From positions 124,001 through 176,417 of the forward strand of contig JAPEUI010000027.1 of NCBI GenBank assembly GCA_026025075.1: a DNA stretch of 52,417 nucleotides. The letters run 5' to 3'. The notes beneath the pieces are model-generated. The model saw only the letters and a program-made list of their open reading frames with translations, was not told the DNA's origin and made no database searches. Positions 9,213 to 19,638 of the stretch are shown piece by piece. The first letter of the stretch is position 1; the number at the start of each line of letters is the position of its first letter. Made by a program: the position numbers and the translations under genes. The DNA is from Vezdaea acicularis (lineage: Eukaryota).

Positions 9213-11369
9213 CTACCCACCCTCAGCATCCAACAACACCTTCGTCCAATCCCACTGATCCCACCCCTCCCTAAACTGGACCACTCTCTTCCGATCCTCC
9301 GGACCCCACCTGCCCCTCGCCCTCACAACATCCGGCTCGCGCGCACACATACCACCCAAGACCTCTCTCGCAAAGCCATCACCCCTCGGCCAGCCGGGCT
9401 CATCAACCACATGGGCCACCCCCTCATCAAGGCCGTACCAGACATGAAAATAGGGCATTTCCCGCGCGATCGCTTTTCGGAGGCCACTCCCGCCTTTCCC
9501 ACTAGTCTTGATGAGCGGGCGATGCTGGCTCCAGTCGCCGGAGCGGGCGAGAATGGCCTCTTTGAAGAACGCGGGGGCCTGCTCGACGAGATGGGGCGGG
9601 AGCGCGACGACGTGCATGGCGGCGTGTTGGTGGGTTTGCGGCGACGCGGCGTTCTCGTAGAAGAGGGGGGAGAGGTTGAGCGCGGCGTAGTGCCGGACGA
9701 GCGATTTCTGGAAGTTGCGCAGCTCGGCCCAGGTGTCCTCGTCGGCGGCGAGGAGGTTGGTGTGGTGCTGGATGGGGACGATGAGGGCGCCGCCGTAGGT
9801 GGATATGGTGGGGAGGGTGGGGAGGGTGAGGTAGGTTCGGGTGGCGAGACTGACGATGGGGGCGACGGGGGGGCGGCCGGTGTCTTCGTGGTGGCAGAGG
9901 GGACAGGCGTCGAGGATGCGGTTTGTCCTTGCGAAGTCCGAGATGGCGGCGCTGCGTAGGTTGAGGGATGACGCCTCGACTCGGGCGGCGAGCTTGCTGG
10001 CGTTCTCGTCCATGTAGTCGAGGTTGTCGGCGAAGGCGGAGTCTTTCGCGATACTGGATGCGAGCCGGCGCGCTTCACCGCTGGGGGCACCGCGCGTGCG
10101 GCGCTCTTCGCGGACCATGTCCTCTATGGACATGTCTTGGTTTGAGGCGACTAGCCCCCGTTCGATGCCACGCTTGTTCGTGAGGGGGATGACTTCGCCC
10201 TTGCGGCCGCCGACGAGCATGCGATTCTCCATGGGATGAAGCGTTATAACGTTGTTCGCGGTAGAGGTGGTAGTGGAGTTGGCGGCCAGCGCGTCGTACT
10301 CGCTTTCGAGCTGGGCGGCGTTAGGGGCGTTGCGGAGTTTGGCTTTGAGCATGGTGGCTTTAAGCTTGTTGAGTGCAGTCTGGTCTAGTGGTGCGGCGGC
10401 GTTGCTTGGAGCTCCATCTTGCTGGATGACTTCCCCTTGTGGGAGCTCTTCCCTTTCGCGCTTTTCTACATGAGACTCCTGACTTCGCCGCATGCCCAAC
10501 TCCATCTTCCGCTCCTGAAAGAGCTCTCCGCTAGGCTTCTCTTTGCCCACGTACCCCTCCCCATAGGTATCTCGGCGCTCTAGCTCTGTCTGCTCCTCTC
10601 TTGCATCATCGAAGGCCCGAAGGTCCCCGTAACGTTCTAGGGCTATGTCGTCTACGCCTCGGCCTGATTCGGTAGCTTGTGTAAAGACTGCCTTCAGCTT
10701 AGTCATACGCCATTGTGAGCCCGCGTCGCCGAAGGTATAGTCGACTTTGTGCTGAGCGGGCTCAGTACCTATATCTTGCGATGCAGGTTGAGGTCCAGTG
10801 CCATCAGCGAGAGCGCGCAGGTCCGGGTTCAGCTCGTTCTTGTGGATATGCAACGTCATGTCTGTTGCTAGCTGCTGCCGGTTTGCGGGCGGAGAGACCT
10901 TGCGAGCACCACGCTGCGTATAGTCTATATCCAGTGCAGAAGGCATCTCCATCCACGAGTCGCGCTTCAGATGAGGGTTTGCTTTGGCTTGGAGGGGGCC
11001 TAGGGGGTCGATAGCGGGAGTAGGAGGAGCGGAGTCCTTCTCAACCCATTCGTCCTCCTCATCCTCTCCGCGTGCTTCTTCCTGCAGACGAGGAGTATCA
11101 AGCTCTTCCCGCCGACGCTTTCGACGCTCTTCACCATCACCATTCTCATAGCGAGGTCTTTTGTGTCTGTGATGCCGGTCAGCTTCCTCGCCGTCGGAGC
11201 CGTGCTTTCGTGATGAGCGGTGCCGGTGATGGTGTCGATGTTCACCGTGTTTTTCTCGTGGTCTTTCTCTATCTCTATCCCTGGCACTATGCTTATCTCG
11301 GCCTTTCCTCTCTTCTCTGACCTTGTGGTCCACGTCCCGCATGGACTTCGTGAGCTCTTCAAATGTCAT
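9213..11369 (-). CDS. CWF19: Spliceosome/cell-cycle control protein Cwf19 (CWF19L2-like, CwfJ C-terminal domains)
   Basis: Motifs LKRDSWM, YTFGDAGSQWRMTKL, LDACPLCHHED, IVPIQHHTN, FYENAA, APAFFKEAIL, EMPYFHVW, WDWTKVL. Likely start MTFEEL at 11369; no introns needed. Confidence 0.9.
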   Translation of the reverse strand: MTFEELTKSMRDVDHKVREERKGRDKHSARDRDRERPREKHGEHRHHHRHRSSRKHGSDGEEADRHHRHKRPRYENGDGEERRKRRREELDTPRLQEEARGEDEEDEWVEKDSAPPTPAIDPLGPLQAKANPHLKRDSWMEMPSALDIDYTQRGARKVSPPANRQQLATDMTLHIHKNELNPDLRALADGTGPQPASQDIGTEPAQHKVDYTFGDAGSQWRMTKLKAVFTQATESGRGVDDIALERYGDLRAFDDAREEQTELERRDTYGEGYVGKEKPSGELFQERKMELGMRRSQESHVEKREREELPQGEVIQQDGAPSNAAAPLDQTALNKLKATMLKAKLRNAPNAAQLESEYDALAANSTTTSTANNVITLHPMENRMLVGGRKGEVIPLTNKRGIERGLVASNQDMSIEDMVREERRTRGAPSGEARRLASSIAKDSAFADNLDYMDENASKLAARVEASSLNLRSAAISDFARTNRILDACPLCHHEDTGRPPVAPIVSLATRTYLTLPTLPTISTYGGALIVPIQHHTNLLAADEDTWAELRNFQKSLVRHYAALNLSPLFYENAASPQTHQHAAMHVVALPPHLVEQAPAFFKEAILARSGDWSQHRPLIKTSGKGGSGLRKAIAREMPYFHVWYGLDEGVAHVVDEPGWPRGDGFAREVLGGMCAREPDVVRARGRWGPEDRKRVVQFREGWDQWDWTKVLLDAEGG

Positions 11370-11550
11370 GTTGTTGGTTATAAGTCTAAATTCGAGTTTC
11401 GCGACGTTCTTCGGCTCGCGCAAATAATTTCTGGAGCTCCCCGCCCCCTCCATATCCTGTCGCATATCTTCATGTTTGAGTGTAGCTCACAAACCACTCA
11501 AGCTTTGGGTCATAAATTACGGGTCCGATCGTAGACTCTACAAAAGCTCC

Positions 11551-12870
11551 ATGAGCATGGCTTCTCCAGTGTGCGTAGTATGCGTTGGCATGGCCGGTGA
11601 GTGACCATCTATACTGGAACAATGGTCCCCTACACAACGGTCAAGTATAGTAGCGCTAACATCTCCCTCTTCACATAGGTTCTGGCAAGACAACTTTTTT
11701 GCAACGGATAAATGCCCATCTTCACGCTCAAAATCAGCCACCATATGTAATCAACTTAGACCCTGCTGTGCTTAGTGTTCCCTTTGATACCAAGATTGAT
11801 ATTCGGGACTCGGTGGACTACAAGGAAGTCATGAAACAGTACGTGCAAAACAAATCTGTGGAATATAGCCAGCTATGTGTTGACATGCTTCTCATAGGTA
11901 CAATCTTGGCCCAAATGGCGGTATTCTGACATCTCTAAACCTGTTCGCAACAAAGATCGACCAAATTCTAGGTCTCCTAGAGAAGCGCACAAGGATAGAC
12001 CCTGAGAAACCCACTGTCAAGCCATTCGAAAATATTCTTATAGATACTCCAGGCCAGATAGAAGTTTTTGTCTGGAGCGCATCAGGTTCAATACTCCTCG
12101 ACTCACTCGCATCGTCATTCCCGACAGTGCTCGCATACATCATTGACACTCCACGGACGAGTTCTACAAGCACTTTCATGAGCAACATGCTTTATGCTTG
12201 TAGTATCTTGTACAAGACAAAGCTTCCAATGATTTTAGTATTCAACAAGACTGATATCCAGGACGCGGAGTTTGCCAAGGAATGGATGACCGACTTCGAA
12301 GCGTTTCAAGGAGCATTGAGGCGGGAGGAAGAGTCCGGTAGCTTTGGAGGCATGGAACGCGGCCAAAGTGGTATAGGCGGAGGGAGCGGATACATGGGCT
12401 CGCTACTCAACAGCATGAGCCTTATGTTAGAAGAGTTCTACCGGCATTTAAGTGTTGTCGGAGTAAGCTCGATAACAGGCCACGGGGTCGACGAATTCTT
12501 TGAGGCTGTGGCAGAAAAGGCAAAAGAGTTTGAGCGAGATTACAGGCCAGAGCTAGAGCGAAGAAAAGCAGAGAGAGCGAAAGACAAAGATGAGAAAAAG
12601 AACACTGAACTCGAAAAGCTTCTTAAAGACATGAATGTAGGGGCAGGAAAGTCGAAGAAGCCAGCAAAGCCGGAGCCGGAGACTATGAGCGACCTGGAAG
12701 ATATGGATGAGGACGATGAAGATGCAGATGATATTCCAGATTCCGATGAGGATAGTGACGAAGGTCTGACCAAACGATACAAGCAAGCGTTGATGGATGC
12801 GGACGGAGGCACGCTCGAAGACGAAGCTAGCTTTGCAAAATATATCAATGCTACAAATGCCAAGAGATGA
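11551..12870 (+). CDS. GPN1: GPN-loop GTPase 1 (Npa3/XAB1), 3 exons
   Basis: Exons 11551-11596, 11679-11838 and 11898-12870 give [50 protein letters not shown] and an acidic C-terminal tail. Confidence 0.95.
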
Positions 12871-13689
12871 CCATACGTTTGGTCATCCGAACGTCTGCTC
12901 AAACAACTTTATATCATACAGCATTGCGAGGATAGGGCATGTGCATTCATGAGGGGGTAGGCGTAAAGGGTATGGGCATCCTTGAGGTGATCTTGCGTAA
13001 GACAGCTAAGAAATTGCAATGTAGTCATACTATTTGCCATGACCTGGGAGTCCCGCAATCTGGAAAATTACTCTGTGGATAGAATTGAAGCTATTCAGAG
13101 AATTATGAAAGGGTACTGGGAATTGCGTTGCCTCAATTGAGCACGTTTGGATGAGTGTGAGCTCACTACTCCTTCCTCCCCTTTGTTTCCTTCTAGTTTC
13201 ATGTGGCCCTACTACAATAGGTAGACATGGATTTAGTGTTATTACAGTAATATCCTGGTATATACGCCGAGATTGAACCGTGAACCTTTCAAGTGAAGTA
13301 TTTCTCCGTTACAGCCGTAATGGTGTCAACAAAGGTTAGCGCAGGACGTCCAAGCTGATTCGCTTGGGAAGCGCCATGGCTTTCTTCAAAGAGCTCCCAC
13401 TTGGACCTAGCGCAGGTTGGGATCTTGGCCCTTTCCTCGAGAAGAACATTGAACTACAGAAGCGAACCGCAGTTCTGCCTTCATCATCGCCCAATTTCCA
13501 TCCGCAACGCTATCTTGCCCGCTGTTCAATCGATTGGTTTATTCGATGCTCTACATGTCCTAATCCGACCTTTCCAGACTCGCCAAACTTTCAGTCGCGT
13601 GAAGCCAGCTCAAGTGCACGGCTCCAATATTCTCGCCTTTCAGCTGTGAAACCAGGCTTGAACCCCGATATCCCGTTTCATCATTCACC

Positions 13690-15349
13690 TTGTCGTCCCC
13701 ACGAGATTCCAGCGACGGTTCGTCCGTGTCCGCCGCGCTGCCCGAAAATCTCCCACCTAAGGACGAGTCCCTAATATTTTCTCCGTCTGAGCAGCTCCAA
13801 TTGCAGTCCTCTGGGTCCTCTTCGTCCGCAACCCCTTTGCCCTCTCCAAACCCGCCGTCATTCTCATCGCTATATTTCGCACCCCAGACAGAGCAGAGAT
13901 TCAATTCCATCACTGCGGGCGAAGACTTAGCATCATTATCCGTACTCGCTGGACCAGCGCCTCCGTTCGAGGATACCCCCTCCTCTTCAAGAGCGGTCGC
14001 AGAGACCAAAGCTGCGCTTCCCCGTGATACTAAGGACCGACCTCCTGGTAAAGGCTCAGACGACGGAGAACCTCCTCCGCCATACACAGAAGGTTCAAGT
14101 CCATTAGACTCATTCACATATCTAATGGCTGCTGCTGGAGGAGCTGCGAGTATTATCACCCAAGTTCAACAGACTGGGGGGCCGCCAATAAACTCTCTTG
14201 GAGGTGCGTTTTGTGAATCCTCTTCGATGGTATCTATCATTTCGTTAGATCCACCGGAAGCTGGCAAACATTCAGAATATTGACTTTGATGCTGTAGATG
14301 TCGGTTCTGACGAGAACATAACGTTGGATCTCCGGTATAAAGCTCAAATTCAGAGCAGCTATCTATGATACTAACTTTGATACTCCGCGATAGAGGTACT
14401 CGATTCACGCTCTCAAGGGATGAGTTGTTGACATTGCCCGAATTTGTCCTGCTCTCCCTTTTCCCAAATGGCCTACTACCGGATGGACATATGAACTCGT
14501 TCCAAGAGGGAGACATTTATTCAGTTGACGTATGTGTCATTAAATCTATGCTATATAACCCCAACCTATACTTACCAGGCTGTTTTGCCTCACAGTACGA
14601 CCCGCAAAGTCTCAGCTATATGCTAGAGTTCTTCCGGACCGTTGCACAAACAATACCTTCCGGCCCTCCCTCGCCATCCAGTGAAGCTCTAGCCGCGCCA
14701 GTCGAACCACCAGTTGCTGGAAGTGCAAGAGATATGCTTCAAGATCGAGCAGGAATTATCGTGTTACGCGAGGATTTGGACTTCTATGCCATACCTCCAA
14801 GAGCTGATGTCGAGCAGCCAGAGATGATCGAGATCAAAAGGGCAGCAGCGAAGGCATTACTGAAACAGGATGGAATATTCTCAGGGCTAAGAAGAAGCGA
14901 GGAGACTGGCACAACAGAGCAACACTTGATTGAGATGTTGACTGCAGGGTAAGTCAATATCACTTTTCGAAACATTGCCTTATTTAGCTCATCTTATCAC
15001 TCCCAGAGGTTTTAATCACAACGATCAATGGGGTCATCGGGCGGGCGAGCCAAATAAAGCCGTCATATGTAGTCTTGCCCTCGCACGGCTTCGAACCGAC
15101 ATCAAAGGAAATGATCTAGCCAATAGCAACGCGGTAGGCATGGCGCAGAAGCTACTACTTTTCTGGCGGAAGCCTGCAAGAAGATGCTGGTGGGAAGGCG
15201 TAGAACTTGAAGGTGTCGAAGGAGTGCCGGGCAAGCTCAAAGTCTGGATTCGGAGAGTGTGGACCCTAGAGATGGTAACAAACCTTTAGCCCCTCACTCA
15301 TTTTGTTCTAAGCTAATACTTGAGCCAGAGCGTTATCGGCTTACGTTGA
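13690..15349 (+). CDS. WHI2: Whi2 growth-regulation / phosphatase-activator protein, 6 exons; first AUG at 14125, candidate UUG start at 13690
   Basis: Introns 14204-14297, 14335-14393, 14530-14595, 14949-15006 and 15275-15328. Motifs TRFTLSRDELLTLPEFVLLSLFPNGL, IIVLREDLDFY, EQHLIEMLTAGGF, KLLLFWRKPARRCWW, VWIRRVWTLEMSVIGLR. Confidence 0.9.
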
Positions 15350-16037
15350 GCACGTGGATAATTTGGACGATCAGCGGCACATGAAGTGGAAAGACAGAGT
15401 GACTTGTACATGGGCACGGTTTTCACACATATCACATCACGTTACACTTTAGCCTGTTCTCAAGAGCAGGTGCGTGTAATACGCCGTCTTTGTATAATAT
15501 ACTGTTGTAAGCAAGCGTTCTTTGGTCTATGGAATCATTGCAGCAGAGAGTGCTGAAGTATAATAAAAACCTTATTTCGAGCCCTGAAATGTTTGATTTG
15601 CAGGCACAAGCGAACAAGCGGCTGTAGCATATGAGTGTGAGAGGAAAGGGGTGCGCCTTGCATCTGTCTTTGGATTGCAGATTTGAAAAGTTCACCCCGA
15701 TAGCAGCAGCATCGAGACTATGAGGGTCCACTTAGTAAAGGCTGTAAATCACGCTATCCTCATGGCCTACAGTGATAGCATGAATTCTTGGGTGCGGAGG
15801 CTTCCATAGTCTTGTTTATAGTAGATATTGCTCGCGTTCTAGCGTAACGGATCGTATCAAACCGAGCAAATAGGTGGTGCGCAAGCTTCATCCCCAGACT
15901 ATGACGTAATTACGCACCAGCTTCAGTTTTCAGCTTAGCATCTGCATGTAGAACTCCAGAGCTACCATAATCGAGTCTCAGTTCTAGTACACTGACGCTC
16001 TTGAATACTGCTTTTCAAGAAAAGCAACTGCGCATTC

Positions 16038-16682
16038 ATGGACGTATGCTCTCCCTTCAACCCATTCTTGTGTTGTAGTAAATCTGTTAACTCTTCTCCT
16101 CAGGCATTCACGTTCTATACTGCGGGCACCAGCGCCTGGCTCAGCGTGCAAGCAGTCCCGTTACTGCTCTTTCCGCGTCTCCTCCTTCCTATCCTTACAC
16201 AGACAGTCCGCGAACCGACATGTGCGATCTTCCTCTCTCCTCGAGCGCTCTTTAGCTGACAGAACAATACCTCAGCATTAGAAATCTACCTCTCTCGCAG
16301 CTTAGCGTTTACACTACTCGCCTTGGGCGCCATATCACTCATTGTTTCTTCCGCGCCGCTCTCTACGCTCCCAGAGACAGGTACCGAAGAGGATAAGCCG
16401 AACGCGGCGGATAAAGCGCCATATGCCTTTCCAACCCTCCTCATCACATTAACCTACCATGCGAGCTCGGCATTCTACCTATATTCGAGCTATTTGAGAT
16501 ATAAGCAAAGTGGATTTGTCCTTGGCCTGGTAGGGTCGACCCTCTTCGGGGCAATTGGGGCGTGGTGCGTTTTATTCGGGCGAGACGTGGGAAGGACGAG
16601 GAAGGACGGGAAGGACAGAAGGATGAGTGGCTGGCCGTTCAAGAATGTGGAAGCTAAGCAGAGGGGAAAGAAGAAGATATAG
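16038..16682 (+). CDS. Conserved-type fungal multi-pass membrane hypothetical protein, 3 exons
   Basis: ATG GAC, intron 16044-16103, AFTFYTAGTSAWLSVQAVPLLLFP..., intron 16222-16275, SLEIYLSRSLAFTLLALG...MSGWPFKN. About four hydrophobic segments; frames join cleanly. Confidence 0.75.
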
Positions 16683-17558
16683 TGAGCAGTTTATTTGAGA
16701 TTCAAGGCGTGGGAAGGGGGACAACGAAAAGTGGGGTTTGCATAGACATGCTTTGGAGTAGGTAACTCCGCGTTTGAGCACAGTGTATGCGCTAGGAGGT
16801 CAATCTACTTTGATCATGTAGGAAGCGCTGCTCAGACCAAGTCCAGTTGAAGGTATCGTAATCCAATTTTGAGATAATGTTCGAGTCTCTTGTTTTCGCC
16901 ATCTTTTTCGCCGCGATTGCAAATGCAAGACCCGATATCCGATGGCTTTGACCAGTAATGTTATTAATCACTCCGGAATGACCTGAAGTATGCCCCTTTC
17001 TGTGCGCTCCAATGGGTCAAGCCATCGTTGCATATACTACTAGCTTCCAGAAGTATTATAATACATTCTGGAGAGGCCGGTCAACTCAAGTGCCTAGGAC
17101 TTGGCAAAATCCCCTACTACCTGATCCAGTTGACACACCGCAGTTTCATACGCACCCTAAAGCAATGAGCTACAGATACACTGGTAGCGGCTGACATTGG
17201 GATTCGTCCAACTTAAGGGAGACTGGAGATCGATGGTTTTCTCGATCCATTGGTTGATGTTCGGCACGCAGATGTGCTGGCGCAAAGGAGACAGCGGAGA
17301 GTAAAGGGGGAGGAAAGGGTCACCAGGAACCAACATCAGCAATATTAAGATCTAGATGCTCCCTTAGACGGGTGTTTGCGCAGGCGTCGCCGGCGTACGC
17401 TCCTAGATACAGTTCAAAAAGACGACCAGCAGCATAAGAAGAAAGAAATCTTGCGTTCGGACCTCAGAGCCGAATGATACATTGGTCTAATAGCTCATCT
17501 ATTTAAAGCAGTACCTCTTCACGCCTTCAAATGCTAATAATTTCTTAAGTAATACGCC

Positions 17559-18553
17559 TCACACGACGGGCGAGAACCTCTTCATTTGCTACACTCATTT
17601 TATTAGCACCTAATACTCACAGCACTGGACCCAACTTACCGCTGCCATCCGAGGCTCAATATACAATGCAGATGCCTCTGCATATACAACTGGCTCCTGG
17701 CCATCATCCGGGAGTGACTCAATATGTCCCTCAACCCATGCCTTCCTGCCCTCAACCTTTACAGTCTTTGCTCGAAGCACAACGAATGAGCTCGCCGGCG
17801 CAGGTTTCTTGTAGCTTATGCTTAGATTCGCAGTCATGGCGAGCTGATTGGGTAGCGCAGGGAAGCAGCAGCGTGCAAGCCACTCATCCATGATCGTTGC
17901 CAATAGCCCGCCGTGAATGACTGTAGGGTGTCCGCAAAGATCACTTCCAAGGTACATTATAGATACAAGACTCTTCCCGCCAGTCTCATTCCAGAAGTAA
18001 GGCGGCACAACTACCCTTCCAGGCCCAGCCAGAGTGCCACCCGTAAGGCTGTGCGCGCGATACTCGTCAGGAATCTTTAGAAAGGGCCTTGATTCGGTAA
18101 ATGCCTTATCTGCGCGAAGACTTTTAGTGAGAGAGTGGGCATTAATGCGCCTCTCGATCTCGGCTGATACATCATCGGTTGGGCGGAAAAGCTTGAGAGT
18201 TTGGGCATCTGTAGGGGGGTTTGCAATATGCTTAATCGCATTTAAAGGCGGAGCAGATGCCATAATAAATCCTGCGGCGGTAAAGAAAAGGGAGAGGGAG
18301 ACGAAGCGGAAAGCGCGCCCAAATGTGGAGCTATTATTTTGGGGAGTTTTTAGTTCTGTTTCTGGAGGTTTAGCTCAATATAATTCACTAGAAAGCAGAA
18401 GATATTACCCGCCGCCGAATTCAGTTGCCTTCTTAGAACTGATGGAAACCTCCGCGCATTCGAGGCAATATATACGTTAGGCTGAGTCGGAGGTCGGCAC
18501 ATCGGAGAGTTCAAGGGACCTGCCCTAAGGCAACGAAAGGCTTGCGCCCGCAT
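17559..18553 (-). CDS. Hotdog-fold thioesterase (PaaI/THEM4/Fmp10-like), probably mitochondrial, 3 exons
   Basis: Introns 18408-18362 and 17639-17589. Motifs HSLTGGTLAGPG, LCGHPTVIHGGLLATIMDE, TANLSISYKKP, VEGRKAWV. Arg-rich N-terminal presequence. Confidence 0.88.
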
Positions 18554-19638
18554 GGCGGAGCGCCCAAATGCTATATTCCCCCGATTCGATATGCTCTAAG
18601 CTAACGTGGCATGACAAAAGTAAATCCAATTGGCGCGATAGAAGAGAATGACGTCTCGTTGTAGTGGACCAGGGTTGATGAAAATGCTGGCCATAGCGCC
18701 GGAATGAAGCGAAGTCGAACTTTTACCTCGGCATCTCTGCTACAGCTACAACAGTATGTCGGCGTTCAAGTTGTTGAAAAGCCCGATACGAGCCGGTGGC
18801 ATCCATAAATCGGGTTTATGCAGATATTGCTTTTTATTGTGATGGCACGGAGACTGTATTCGCCCGCAGTCCGAATGTGACAGCTCACCGGCCCTCATTC
18901 ACGCGTTATGACCCTCTGGCAGACCGAACTAGGTGCCATCCCTTTTACCGGCCGTGTAATGCCAGCTTTTTGCGCGAAGCTTTATTCTTAGCAGACCTGT
19001 GTTCACTGGTGAACGATTCCAAAGCTTTCAAATTATCAAGATCCGGACGGTATAATGAAGCGTCTCGGCATGCTCTCGCAACCTTCCAACTGGATCAAAT
19101 CACCTCGGTATACATATAGGCTGTCTAGGTCATTGCAGGCCGGTCGAAAGCTAGGCTCGTTGGAAGATAATAGGCATTGCAAAAGATGCTCTAGAGGCAG
19201 GTTCTAGCCACGTTCTTGGCCTGCAGAAAGTATTGGGGAAAAGAAGTGGAAGTTTGACAGGCTTGAGAGCTACCGAATGGTTGGTACTGTTGCTTTTACA
19301 GCGCTGTGGAAAGAACTCTTCCATTGAATTGGCATGATCTTTCGGTGTTTATGGCAACGCTTTTCCTATGGGTTCCACGAGTTTTTGCTACCAGAAATAC
19401 GTGTGGATGGTCCATTGGGATATTCGGCAAGAGCTTTTTAATTCAGACATCTCGCCATGAGTTTATAACAGGACGCCACCTCTAGAAGGCATCACTAATC
19501 TATAGCTGTACTCTCGGCATCATATGTACATACTTGAGAGCCACGTAAAATTGTGTCATCAGAGATCAGGCGACACAGGATAATCCAGCCCGCGTATACT
19601 GATCTATTTGTTTCAATATGTATAATCGCGTCTTAGTC

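Noticed and set aside
8991..10090. 322-aa (+) and 255-aa (-) ORFs overlapping CWF19
   Set aside because: Alternate-frame shadows caused by extreme third-position GC and skew.
18750..19490. Possible degenerate gene between the thioesterase and MAK21
   Set aside because: Only short ORFs with no recognisable family; could not be supported.
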